A stretch of 64,000 nucleotides of DNA from NCBI GenBank assembly GCA_028534125.1, contig CM052816.1:57166001-57230000 (forward strand), given 5' to 3'. Every line of letters starts with the position of its first letter. The first letter of the stretch is position 1. The position numbers and the translations under genes are program-made. Source of the stretch: Lama glama (lineage: Eukaryota). Below the pieces are notes generated by a model. It saw only the letters and a list, made by a program, of their open reading frames with translations. It made no database searches and was not told the DNA's origin. Positions 1 to 13,598 of the stretch are shown in pieces.

Positions 1-2549
1 AGGGTCTATTCTAAGTTCTGTAGAGAGCTTCAGTCCAAATGCTTTCTTTGAAATGTTGAGGAGTAACACATGCCCCAGATGCAGGACCGCATTAATACGC
101 CTTAACTTTTAATGCAAGAGTCATGTCTCTGTATATAAATATAGGTTCCCCTAGGATATGTGAGGCTGTAGTGTATTGTTTTCATAGTCGCCAGACTTCC
201 TCATTCCTCGTTAGCGGGGGAGCCGTGGCTGAGATACAGAAGTCATCTAGAACGTAAGTACACGGGCTTGCGGCCACCCCACACCATCGTCGCCATTGTT
301 TAAGGAATGGGTTTGCCTCATTCAGCTGCCTTTTGTGGGGTTTTCAGCTCCTACTTGAAGACTAGTATTTGCTTATGGAAACAGTGACACCAAATTAGTG
401 TAGGTGGTGCTCAGGGCCAGGAATAAACACAAAATAGTCCAGCAGCCAGGGTGAGTTATTATTAGGCCTTGGAGTTGCCCGTTGGTGCAAGGCCCCCTCC
501 TAAGCCCTCGGTTTTGCATGGGGCAGTCTGCCAGGTGGGGTGGGGGTGGGATGGCACGCTTGGGAGCAAATGTCCAAGGTGTCTTCGAATACACCAGCCC
601 TGCTGAAACAGGACGTGGTCTGCCCGCAGGAGCAGTGGGGAAGAAAAGAGAGGGGACCTCGTGGGGTACATTGAGGTAAGTGATGATTATTAGCATGTTT
701 TCTTGAGTGGTATTGCCTTAGGAAGCAAGAACTGGTTTTGGAGATAAGGAATTTTGATCAGGCAGGGACACTTTGGAATGGGAACTCTGAGAAAATGAGG
801 CTCTCTGGGGATCCTTGGGATTGAGCAGAGGTGAAGTTGGCAGGAACTGGCATGGGAAACTGGGGGGCCCAGGACCCTTTAGACCCCGCCCGTGGGGAGG
901 GGATGTGTAAACAAGACTGCTCAGTCATATCAGCTCTTTTTTATCAGGTGCTAATTATATTCTAGGCATCATATCCTTTGATTCTCCCAATAAACCTTCT
1001 GACCTGGAGAGCGGGGTTGCTTCCTTCCATCCTGCAGACCTGGAAACTGAGACTTGGGAAGCGCAAGAACTTGCCAAAGCCGTAATAGAGTGATGGAGAG
1101 AGATGAGTCTGTTCTGACTCCAGAAGCTGCTTTCTTAAACACCACTCTGTGTCCTCAAAGAAAAAAACTGAAGCACAACATAAGAGTTCGAATGCATTCT
1201 GCTAAAAGTGTTAGCTATCACGACAGCCATGAAACACACACAGCCATCAGATCAGGGCCCGGGGAGACCTGGAGTGTGGCCAGGCTCCATCTGCCTGCTT
1301 TCACCTGGTGAAGGCAGTAAAGTCATAGTCCTGGAGGCCAGGCTCAGGATATCACCTCCTCACAGGGCTCCTCCCAGGGCTCTGGGCCTGTGCTGAACCT
1401 CATGGCAACGTTGAGGCCCAAACCCTTCCTGGACAGTTAAGGGAGACAGAGGCAGGGCAGTGTTGAGGGTGTCCTCAGAGTCACCCAGCCAGTAAGGGGC
1501 CAAGCCTTTGGCTACAGACTTCAGCTCTTGACTCCTGTGCTCTCCTGTGTGCTGGCCAGAGGCCTGGCGGCTGCAGGTGAGCATGAGAACCACCTGAGGA
1601 CCAGGACTATGTCCAGGACAGTGTCAGAGGCTCCTTGATTGTGGCCTTTGACAAGGCTGAGGGAGGACTGAGGCCAGAAGAACCCTCAGCCAAATTTACG
1701 ACTATTTAACCACACGTCCAGGGCCACTGTCTCCCTTTCAGTGCCTAGGACGTTCATCTTGACCTCTGGCCCCCCAGTGGGGTTTGCCACTGCACCGCTC
1801 ACCTGTGCACAAGGCCCACAGTATCACGGGGTGATCCCCTTGTTCCAAACACCCGGCCTTTAGTGAGGGCAGGGGAGGCTGGCAGGGCCCTTTGACCTGG
1901 GGCCCCAGCTCGAGGGTGAAGTTGAGTGAGGATGAGGCAGCCTCGCAAATGCTGGTTTCTCCCTTTAACTTTGTCCTCTAAGTCTTTCCACAGGGATTGA
2001 AAACTCAGAGAAGACGAAAAGAAAATAAATTCTCAGCAGAAAGCATAAATGGAAAACCAGTCCTGGTTCTAATGGCATCAGGACCCGACAGGGAAAGAGG
2101 CTCCGATTCCACAATCCAAGGCATAGTCTGGATGAGGTGTGCAGCCCGGTAAGGATGACGGGTGTGGAAACAGTGCTGTGCAAACTCTGAAGTGACGCTT
2201 GCATGTGGGTTGCTGTTTTAATTACATAAAATACATGTCTTAGGAAATATCCAAGAGATGCTGCTCAGGAATTGGGGCAGATTAAAAGTGAAATCTGGGA
2301 TCATGTAAGCCATTCAGGAACCCCAAATCATGCGGGGCCTTCATTTTTCACCCCAGTCACAGGTTGCTGGTTTGAGGCCCAATTTCTAGATTTCCTTTTA
2401 TTTCTTTCCAGAAGACATACCCATCTCCCTACTGTCCTCTGTCACCTCTGCACTTCTCCACCCCCTGGCCTGTGACATATGTCTGTGCAGTTTGTCCCCA
2501 GCAAGCTGCAGGAGGAGCCATTCACATCAAAGTCTACGTGAGTCAGACC

Positions 2550-2724
2550 ACATGTTTGTAAACTTGGCTGCACACCGGAATCACTCGGGGGACTTAAAGG
2601 TAATTGATGTCTTGTTCCCTCCTTCAGAGTCTGATTTAATTGGTCTGTGGTGCAATCTGGGCACTGGGATTTTTTTAAGCTGCTCAGTTGATTCTAATAT
2701 GCAGTCATCTTTGAGAACCCCTGA
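2550..2724. mobile_element. MER5-like hAT-Charlie element
   Basis: aaacttggctgcaca..ggaatcac...tctgatttaattggtctg...gattctaatatgcag...tttgagaacccctg. Confidence 0.7.
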
Positions 2725-3869
2725 ATCAGACTATGTTGTGAATGACGTCCCCTCGGGATGTGTGGTATACAACCTACCCGCACTTCAGATTGGCCCTGCT
2801 CACCCCCATATGTGATCTTCAATGACCTGAACTTGCTAGTAGGAGACATCACTGATGAAATACATACTTTTCTTCCTTTTGAGTCTGATTTTCCCTGGGG
2901 TTGGGATTGAGGTTAAGGAGAACATAGGTACTGACCTCTGAGCCTTTGAAGGCTCTCTTACACTTCCTGCATCCTTCTGAGAGACGCAGGAGAGGCAGGG
3001 GTCTAATCCCACTGAAAACCGGGTATTTTGCAAGCCTGGTTTTGGAGGCTGCCCAGCTCCGGTGCTCCGCCCAGGGTGAGCATGCTGTTTTGATCGCCTG
3101 GCTGAGAGAGTGATTTAGGCCCTCGGAAGAATCTGGCTTATTTCCCCTGGTGCCTAGGTCATTCCCTGATTATAAATCAGCCACTGTTAGCAGCTGCATT
3201 TCACTTTCCCAGGCCTCAAGGGAACTGTGCAATTTTTACTGAATTAGCAACTTAATTGCACTAAATATAGCTCTAATGTCCCAAAGAAGTTGTGGCAGCT
3301 CCCAGAGGTGTCTGGCTTCCCACATTACCCGACCCCCACCCCACACCCCACCGCCCTAAACTCAGGGAGCAAGTTAAACTCTGAACAATTTGAGTTTATT
3401 AAGTCACAGCTTCTGGAATAAACTCACTTTGTTTTGCATATGTCAATAGCATCAAATCCTGCCATCGAAATTTAATGTCACTGTTTCCATAACAGCTAAT
3501 GTCCTTCAAATGAGACGATGGGGAAGACCAAAAATCCCACAGAAACCTGGAGAAATGAGGCAAATATGTGACACAAGCCAAGTCCTTCGGGTCGAGGTTC
3601 AATCAAAGGCTTGCCTATTTTACAACTTAGATGCTCTGTAACTCACTGATGCTCCCCCGCTGATGAGTGCATCTGTCATTCTAAAATTACTAGTCTAACT
3701 TCTTTGGCTAGAACCTTGCATCTGGCATGTGTATTTATGCTTGGCATTTCAAAGTTAATATTTTTGGTTCAGCAGAGGGATTTAAAACAAACATTTTCTG
3801 AAAAGTTCCAAATTCTTGAGTAGATATTTGAATCTAAACTAAAGAGAGAGAGAGAGAGAACCAAGTATG

Positions 3870-4352
3870 GAAGAGGCTGCTAGTTGCTTACCCAACGTCT
3901 AGTCTACTTGTTTCCCTTTGTAATAGAACAACAGTAATTTTTAAAAACTACATTTCCCTGACTCCTTTGCAGCATGGTATGGCCACAGGACCAAATTCTG
4001 GTCAAAGAAGTAGAAGTGGAAGTAAGACATGGAACTTCCAAGAAGGCTTTCTCTAAAAGAGTTGAGTCAGGTGTGAGGTGTGCCGTTTTATCTTTTCTTT
4101 TTATCTTTCCTTCTGGGATAGAGACATAATGCTGGAGCTTCGGCAGCCATCAGGGATCACAAGACAATTGAAGAGGAAAGCCAGGTGCTGAATGAAGATG
4201 GCAGAAGAATTGGCCACTGATGGGAGGCATCAGTCCTGGACTACCTACCTTCAGATTTTTTTGTATGTGAGAGAAATAAATTCATCTTGTTTAAGTCAAA
4301 GTTATTTGAGGGGTTTCATCATATGAAAACAGATCTAATCCTAAGTGATATC
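3870..4352 (+). mobile_element. MLT1-like LTR remnant
   Basis: ctacatttccctgactcctttgcagc...gcagccatc...tgtgagagaaataaatt..tcttgtttaag. Further MLT-like remnants at about 5530-5995, 19735-20165, 22400-22865 and 28490-29065. Confidence 0.6.
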
Positions 4353-6035
4353 TGAGGATAGGGTAAAATTAATTTAAAAAGTCATCTCTTATATTATGTC
4401 AGCACATCTTTTGCCCATTTTAGTCCATCTACTAGAGTGAGCAGCATTAGTCAAAAACATGGACATAACTATTTCTTGTGTTCAGCAAAGTTAAGCATTA
4501 TGCCTAAGGTTGCCCAGCCAATAAGTGGCAGAGGCAGTCTTCTAATCCAGCCAAGGCTTTTACTTGAAACTGCTTTCCCTGTCAGGGGAGCATGAATTAA
4601 TAACTAACTATAGAGTTTATAGTTTTTAATCAACAATATTATCATGTTTAATCCTCAGCAGGCCATGCAGTGATCAGGTCTTGCCTGAATCCATCCCAAA
4701 CCCAAGGAGCCTGGGAGGGATTTGCTTACTGCAAAGATGCTGTCCCTCCTGGAATCTCCTGGCCTTTGTGAATCAGGCTTCTGTATATCTCTCCTTCATC
4801 CACTTCCCACCTATGATGCCCCTGTAGATGGTGATAGACTGTGTAACAGGAGGGAAGAGACTATTGAGATTTCACAGAAAGTTGCCTTTGCTTGGAGGAT
4901 TTTAGTTACAGATAGTTCCATGGACAAGGTTTGTCGGCCTCCTACAACTAGACTTCCAAATCCAGCCAGTTACTATGTTGATAATGTAGCAGGAGAGAGC
5001 CTTCAGCAACTGAAGTAACTAATCAGGGATATGTCAGCCCATCAAAATTAAGGAGAGGGAAGAGAGAAGCCTCTTTGTTTATTCGGGACATTCTGATTCA
5101 GTGAGTGTGGGTGACAATGACATTTATTCAAGACAACTTTAAGTCATGTCCTGGAAATACCAGTTAAGTGACAAGCTGTCTGCTTCTCTCTCCAGACCGA
5201 GAATAGTCTGTTATCCTAACGTGGGGCCCACAGCAGAGCAGTGAGGGCAGTGCTGGGTCCTGAAGTAAGGTGGTTCCCTCCAGGGACCACAAGGGCTCCT
5301 CAGTGCCTGGCCCACTGCCTGCCAGTAGGATGGGCTCCTCAATGTTCATTGCTCAAAGAGCTGAATGAATTTCTGAGTGCCTAGAATACCAACCCCAAAT
5401 AAGGCTTTTTCAGCATCACACCTTAAGGCAGTGGTTGACATGGAATAAAGCCCAATCTTAGAAATACCTGTGAAATAAATAAATAATCCCCATAAAAATG
5501 GGTCTTTTGTAGCTGATCTTAGCACATTGTCACAGAATTAGGTTTTGCTACATATAACAGAAAAACTGAAATAATAGTGGCTTAAACAAGATTTCAAAGT
5601 TTATTTCTCTCCCATTTAAAAGAACTCTAATAATCTAAAAAAAAAAAAAAGGACTCTAAAGTAATAGTCATGCAGCATCATGGCCGTGGGCAGCCTAGCC
5701 TTCTTCTAGCTTCCTGCTCCGTCTTTGCAACAAGTAGCCTGCATCCTCAAGGTGACCTCATGGTGTAAGGTAGCTGCTGAAGCTTCTGGGGTCATACACA
5801 AGCGGTAGACTTCAAGGATGAAAAACAGAAAGTCAGAAATGGAATTTCCCCAGCTATCTGTTCTCTAGGCAGTCTTCGAGGAAGCCCCTTCCAAAAACTT
5901 CTGCTTATATCCAGTTAGCCAGAACTTAGTCATATGGCCAAACCTGGCTGCAAAGGAGGCTTGAAAGTGTAGTCTTTGAACTGGGCACACTGCCACCTCT
6001 CCCAACCCCCCCAGTATGTTGAATGTTATATAGGC

Positions 6036-7090
6036 CAGCAGTTCTCAATCTTTTTGATCTTAAAAACCTTTTATACCCATAAAATTTATTGAGGAACTCA
6101 AAGAACTTTTGTTTATGTAATACCTTTTAGTATTTACCATGTACCACATTAGAAATTAAAACCAAAAGAGGATAAAATATTTGTTTATTCATTTAAAAAT
6201 GATAATACATATACCAAATCATCACACTGTACACTGTAAATATCTTACAATTTTATTTGTGAATTATCCCTCAGTAAAGCTGGGAAAAAATTAAAATAGC
6301 CCCAGGGCCTTCAAAATTTTTAAATGTAAAAATTACAATTACACTTATAAACCCTTGCTGTGTTAATTGACATATTTTTTCAAAGCAAAAAAAAAAAAAG
6401 TGAGACGTGATATCGTTTTCCGTTTTTGCAGATTTCTTTAATACCTGGCTTAGCAGAAGACAGCCAGACTCTCACATCTCATATCTGCTTCTGCACTGAA
6501 TCTTTGCCATATGTTGTTTTGGTTGAATTGTATGAAGAGAATCTCCTCTCACACAGATGTGTAGTTGGAAGGTATAGAAGCATTTTAAAAGCTTTTCAGA
6601 TAGTTGTGGATACTCTTCTTGGCTACAAGACCAAAACCCACATGGTAATTTCCCAAAGGCTGGTTGTGCTGTGGACTCTGAAATGATATCAATGAATATT
6701 TTGTACTCTAGCACGTTAAAATCCATTGGTCTGTCCTGCACACTGCATGCACTTTTCCCACACATGATTTTGTAATATTGTGTCATGGCCATGTGGAAAA
6801 TACTCATTCACTGAGTTATGCTGACCTTTCAAATGGTGACTTGTTTCATCATATAAATTTTAAAAAATTACATTTTAAAATATCAATACTGAGCTCAAAA
6901 GCAAGTCTACTTTTGGAGAAGTTGTCAAGCTTACGATGGCAAATATAAGTTTTCAGAAATTCTGATTTTCACTTGAGAGGTTGAATGTTATCATTGGCAA
7001 CAAATACTGTCAGTTATTTCCCTGCAAGTGACAGGCTTACTTTGTTCCATTTTGAAAAAACATCTGCCAAATACGTGAGTGGGTAACTAT
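6036..7090 (-). mobile_element. hAT-Charlie (Charlie1-like) DNA transposon remnant
   Basis: Terminus cagcagttctcaatctttttgatct. Minus-strand remnant FW....EEYPQLSEK resembles the hAT C-terminal dimerisation region. Confidence 0.75.
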
Positions 7091-10000
7091 AGTGCCTCCT
7101 GCCATGGGGCTTTGGGGACCACAGAGTAAGCTGGGAAGTCAGTTAAGGTGTCACTTGAGTGCAGGGACCAGAAAGGTCACCCCCAGGGTGAGCCCCCACC
7201 CCCACCGTGGCTTCCAAGGGCCTCTAATGAGGCACAGACACCCTCTAGTCTAACCCTGTCCACTTTGAGCTTTGTAGACAGAGCTTTTTGTTTTCCCTTG
7301 GCAATCTGCTTGCCTTCTGAAAAATTCCAAGCATGTCTTTGCGGCTCCTGTTCAGGGATCAGGGCGTCCTTCCTAGCTGAAGTGGGATCAGGCCAGCCTC
7401 ACAAGCCCCAGGGAGGAGCCCCAGACAACAGCAGAAGGGAAAGGGCGGCTGCTACAGGCGTGATTCCCTCCCACACCCATCAGGAGGGGGAAATGGTGCA
7501 AAGGTAACTCCTGTAGCTCCTTCTGATAAGGAATCAGTTTACTTCAGTTTCGCCTCTGAAGGTCCAAAGGTGATGGCTCTTTGGTAAGTGAATTGCAGTC
7601 TGCTGTGAACACTTTTTCCAAGTGTGAAGGTAGAGGCTAGGTTGAGAAGATCCATCAAAGGAACTATGTGGAATCAGATTCATGCCTCTGTATGCTGCTG
7701 TCACGTTGACATTGGTCAGTGTTTACCTCGCTGGCTGAGGACTTCAGCAACATATTTATGTGAAAATTCTTTCATACACACAATCACTGTTCTGTTTTCC
7801 CCTACCAGAGACCTTATGTGTGTGTGTGTGTGCACAGGCAGAAGTGTTATTCCTATTACAATGCATTTGCGTCCACATAGATATATGTATGCGTATCACA
7901 TTTGTTTCTATGTGTCTTGTGTGTGTTTATCTGTTACATATATAAGCAGCAGCGGCAATGAAAATGATGTACTCTGGGACTAAAGAAGATGAGGTTAACA
8001 GTAAAAGTACATGGAGAGAGATCGTTTCCTTCTCTTCTTCCTGTACTCTGAAAATAATTTTGTGAACAGGCAATGTATGAACTTGGTAAAAAAAAAAAAT
8101 CATTCATGAGCATAAAGTAAAGTGAAAAATGTCTCCCATCCTCTGCCCCGGAAATGATTATTATTACCAGTTCTTATGTCTTCTTCAAGAGATATTCTAT
8201 ATATTTAAAAAAGAGTACAGACATACACATCCCCTTTAAAAAAAAAAGTGTTCTTTTAAACTAATGGAAGGTTAGAACAGGAAAATCACATAAGCTTCAT
8301 TTCCAGCCCCTTGTGTGTAAGCGCAGACCCCAGCACACATATTTCTGTCTATGATTTACACATGTGTAGGTTTTATGTTGGCGGACAAATTCTTTGTTAT
8401 AAGAAAACTTCTGGAACCTAGAAAACTGATTTCCTTTGCAGTTCATCTGGTGATTAATCTTCCTAAAAGCTTAAGACAAATAAAATTCCCATATCTGAGA
8501 CCTTTGTGGTATCCCAGAGGCAGGTGAGAATCATTCCCGTGGAGTTGTCTTCACTTTCTGATATGTCATCAATTCTTAAGAGCAATCCAGTCAGGGTTTA
8601 TTTAGTACAGCTCTCTGTTGATTTTATAACCAACTGCTGACTTCTTGGGACATAAAACTGGTTGATTTACAAGTAGTGAGTGAGCAAGGAATCCATAAAT
8701 CGCATTCTATAATAAGAGAGTATAGGTGAACTCACACATACACACACACACATATCTACCTTCAAAGGGAGAGTTGTAGGCATGTCCAGAAAATATATTC
8801 ATTTTTAATTTGAGAATTGAGAACTCATTGGTAAGAGGCCCACAGTCAGTGACCTCAGAGAGCTCAGTTGTACCAGGTAGTATTTTAAAGTAGAGCAAGA
8901 GATTTTATTTCTTAAAAGGGAGACTCTGGGCCTCACTTTTGAAATGTTCAAATGAGTTTTTATGGTCTCTGGAGGGAAGAACTTTTTTTTTTTCTAAAAT
9001 GTTTCACCAACCAAGCCAAAAATGCTGGCGGTTATCAGTTTTTTGATATTATTGAAACTCTTGAAACTACTATGCAACAGATATTTCTCAAACACTCAAA
9101 GATCTCTTTTTCTTTTCATGTCATCTTTTTTCCCCAGCACTGTGTTTAGAAAAATCTCTGATAATATGCTAAACGTAGAAAAAATAAGTTTCTAATTCCG
9201 GGGGAATCCTAGAGTTTCAGGGAACTGACAGAGAGGGAAATATAAAGTGAAATATCTTGAAAAACATTTTTGTTTGGAACGTGAAATTTAATAAATATAA
9301 ATCTGCTACTGTGAATAGTTTGCCAACTGTCTGCCTGCCAAAACGTAGTATATTAGAGCTGGAAATGTAGGATGCATTTAGCAAAAAGCTTATTTCATTT
9401 GGATCCTGATTCAAACAAAGAGGTAAAAGAAATAAAATAAATAGAGAAAATTGAGGAAGTTGAACACTTGACTAAATATTTGATGATGTTAGGAATTATT
9501 ATAAATTTTGGAGGTGTAATAATGGTGTTGTATTTTATATAGTGTACATAGGGCTTCATATACTATTCTCTCTACTCTTGTATTGGTTTGAAATTTTTCA
9601 TAATTAAAAAAAAAGAGCTAAGTTGAACTAGAGTGGTTGTTTGTAATCTCTTTGAAAAGTTCTTCGTTTATTCATTTCACACCTGTTATTCAACAGGAAC
9701 CAAGCGTCAGTTATATAGAAGGCTCTGCATGAGGCCTTGGTGACGGCCAAGTGGTGTGAGCTGCAGGCTCTGCAGAAGTACCTGGTGTGGCAGGCGGGGA
9801 CACTGCTGGGAACTCGGCCACACCCACCTCTCTTCTCTTGGTTGGTAAGAGGGCACCTGCACGCTTCTGTCTGGGGTGGAACACCAGCTGCCCAGAGGTG
9901 TGGGACTTCAGCTCGGCCCTGCTCCACTGACCTAAGAGTCAACAAGGCTGATGAGGAGCCCCAGAGGTCAGAAGCTGAAAACAGACACCCAAGGCCAGCT

Positions 10001-12703
10001 CGTCACAAACAAGAGGTTTATTTTTACACCATACACCCCACCCCACCCCTCCAAAAAAAAGTGGAGAGAGCATTTAAAGGGCTGTTTTGGAGCAGAGCCT
10101 CTTGGTGCATCTGAAACTTAGACCTGTGCCTGGCTCAACGGAGCAAAAGGGAAGACGACTGTCATCTCCGCAGGGTACCTACCTCCCAGGGCCTGCAGGA
10201 GGGAGTGGACGAGAGCCACACCGCACAAGAGGAGAAAGGAGTGTAAGGGCTTTGTGAGAGCTTCTTCCCCTTGGTTCTTGGGCCTCCTTTCCTGGGCTTG
10301 AATGCCCCATCAAGGCCATCAGCTGTCATCAGTGTCTCCAGCCAAAAGGCCCAGCCCAAATCGGCTCCCGAGAGATGTTAACATTAAGTTCTTAAGAAAT
10401 CTGTCTCCTTTAACAAGACCTTGTAGCTTTATTTTGAATTATGTGTAGAGCCCAGACACAGCACCCCAGCAAAGACTGTGGGTAGAGGAGATGGATGTCT
10501 CCTGGTACTCTGGTCACTGAGATCTGGACTTCACCAGCAAGGTCAATATCACAGCCTATGAGCCTCTGGTTTGTCCTAACTAGCAAGTGTTCAGACTCTA
10601 ATCGCAGCTTCCTCCTCATTAAAATATTTCAGTGGCTTTCCAATTGCTCTGCAGACACAGAATAAGATGTTTGACAATGCCCCATGGGTCCTGGCCTGGA
10701 CACTGGACCTTTGAGCATGTGCTGAAAGCCAGGGCCGCATTCCACACCAGTAATCTCAGGGTGGTAGCACAGCCAGGACCAGAGAGACCCCAATTCACTA
10801 TCCCCACATCACAGTTCTCTATTCAGCCCTGAAAAGAGACTGAGAGAGAGAATGATAAAAGGCAAGTACGCAGACAACAGATCTGAAACTCTGCCAGGAG
10901 TATGTCCTCGCTGGTCCAAGAGACCAGCAAAGACCTGGCATCAGAGTCCAGGGGCCACTCAGTGGGCTCCCCGTCATGTTGGCCCCTGCAACCCCCAAGT
11001 GAAGAGAGAAGGAGAGAATGGTGGGGTTGTCTCAAAGCCAGAGAGCTGGTGGATATGATTTCCCGGGTACTAGAAGGCAGCTCCAAGGGCTATAGCAGCA
11101 GTGGAATAAAAAGGTTTACACAGCCTGCCAGGTGCGCCCTAACCCCGCCTCCCACTCTGGGATCTTGCCAGGCCTCCCATCCTCCTCTTTGTCTAGCACC
11201 AGCTACTTGTCCTTTAGCTCCCAGCACAGTCCTCAGAGGTTCAGAGAGTCCAGTGGCACGGCTGTCCATGTAACAGTGCTCCCGGGGTAGAGCAGGGTAG
11301 CGGCCCTGACTTCAGCTTCCCAAGTAAGCCCTGGTGACCCTCCAACTAGTCCAAATCCCTCTTCTGGCTCCAGGATCCCTCTTGGGTATCTGGGAATAAG
11401 TGGTCAGTATCTGTCTCCCTCTCTAGACCAGAAGCTCCACCAGGGCAGCCATATCTGCTCTTCTGTGGGTTTGGTTCTTCACTGTTATGTCTGCACTCGA
11501 TGCCCCAGGTCTTGACACAGAGGAGATGCTCGATAAATCAGTGCTGAGTTCCTATTTTCTGAGCTCCACCTCCCACGTTGAGCTGTCAGCTCTGATGCAC
11601 AGTCTTCAGAAGCATAAATTACCTCTATGTTAGCACTTTTTCTTTGTTTTGGAATGGACAGTTGGTGCTGAATGACTCTGCCTCCTGGAGCTAAAACCCC
11701 CCAAGGCCCCTTCCCTGCATATCAGACTCCAGGCATCACTGAGACTAACTGGCTGTCCTAGCCTCCCATCTTCACTCTCGAATGTCCTTTTCTGACATCT
11801 CTTTCCCTTTTGAGCCACTCTTGATGCTCACTGGAACGCAAATCCTGGAATATAAAGTTGTGTGGTGGGTGAGGATGAGGCAGGAAGTGGGTGAGGGAGG
11901 CAGGTGTGCAGCCACTGCTGGTGGGCACGCCACTGTGATGCTCTACCTCGTCCCTGTCACCAGACTTCCTCCCCAAAACTGATGGGCCTCAGCCAGGAAG
12001 CTGGCATTTCATGAATACATTGAGTATAAAGCTACTTTCCATAAACTGAATCATATTTTTCAATCACCTCCTATCGTTGAAACCTGAAAATGAATTCTCA
12101 TGTAAAGAAATTTTGTCCTTAAGGTATAATACAGATCAAACTAATATGCCAAGCTAATTTTAATCATATGCTTGAAAAACTAGTTATTTCTGATAAAAAT
12201 TGCTAAAAATCACTCCATATACATACACACTACCAAAACTTTAAAGGATTGCTAAATCCCATTTTCCTTTGAGATGAGCCACCAATTGAATAGCCTTACT
12301 TTTGCAGCCTAGGGGAAATATTTCCTTTCAAACCCCCATGGTTTTACCTGTCTCTCCTAAAATCTGTGAGTCTGTTCTGGTTATTTAGTCCAGATTCAGG
12401 GAGATTAAGGGCACCAAAGTTTTTTTATAAAGAAGGTGAACTTATCTTTATGATAAAGACTGTTTCCATGATTTGTGATTTTCCATGGCAGCTCTATTCT
12501 AATTCAACAGATCTCATCTGTGGGCGCATAGGGAAGTGCCTGTGTTCTGTTGGCCACTGGGCCCACTCAGTTCATGTCCTGCACCAGCCCCGTCCTGGAG
12601 TGGCCACCTCGAGCCTCAGCCTTGCCGAAGAGAACGTCAGCAGCCAACTGTCGCTGTGACTCAGTGATAATGTAAGGACTTATTGACAGTTGTCCTATTA
12701 CTA

Positions 12704-12790
12704 TTTATTTTGTATGTTTTACCTAGCTATCTAATACTATTCTAATAGGAGACGCTATTTTATTTTATTCCATTTTATTTATTTATTTAT
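12704..12790 (-). terminator. Candidate polyadenylation signals for TMEM174
   Basis: Several minus-strand AATAAA (plus-strand tttatt) at 12704-12709 and about 12758-12790, roughly 0.5-0.6 kb past the stop. Which one is used is unknown. Confidence 0.45.
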
Positions 12791-13303
12791 TTGCAGCCTT
12801 TAAGATACCCAGAGTCCTCCAGGGACACCGGATGGCAAGTTCTTTTAAATATGCAAATCCCTTTGGGGGCTGGGAACAGGCACTGGGAAACCTCAGGTTG
12901 ACTCTTTTTTCCGTTCCCTGCTTCCTTCCCACCCCCCACCTCTCACCACAGTGGAAACTCCCAAAGTCACAGCAGTAGTCATTTTTCCCTTGGCTGCTGG
13001 AGTTCCAATTAAGACACTAGTGCCTTCTAGTGGGAAAGGGATGGGTGGTAGATAAACAGGTGAAATTCCTGATCCTGAACCACATGCAGGGGATTTCTAG
13101 CTCTACCGGAAGGGAATTTCCCCACCCCAGCCTAATTCTTCCCAGTCAGAGAGATTCTACCTCCCACTTCCCCTTTCCCTGGCCCAAATGGTATCTGCCA
13201 GGCTGCCTGGGCTGCTCTGCTGTCTAACGTCTGAAGGTCATAGCACAGAACACTTTAGTGTCAGCAACAATACTAAAAGGCTATTCCCTTGGCCTCATAG
13301 TCT

Positions 13304-13409
13304 CTAGCGAGGGACGGAGCATACTTCCTCGTAGGGAGGAGGAGAGAAGCAAGCAGAGTCCTCATCTCCCAGCCGTGTCTCTTCCAACTGCTCAGCATCA
13401 GGGCTGGAC
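13304..13409 (-). CDS. TMEM174: Transmembrane protein 174, coding exon 2 (R-SSPDAEQLEETRLGDEDSACFSPPPYEEVCSVPR*)
   Basis: Acceptor ccatttcAG at 13410 after a 189-bp GT-AG intron, phase compatible. 626+106=732 nt = 243 aa plus TAG (13304-13306). Confidence 0.95.
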
Positions 13410-13598
13410 CTGAAATGGGGGCAGAAAGCACAGATTCGTTACAGCCCACAGCACCACTCTCAGAACCAATGCCACCATTCTGGCAATGGGCCACACAGAG
13501 ATTTGCCTTCTCTCATCACCTTCCTTCCAGACCAAACACAGCCATAGACTGTGACTGCGACAGCTAGAAGGGGAATGTCCCCTCTGCAAACTCCATAC

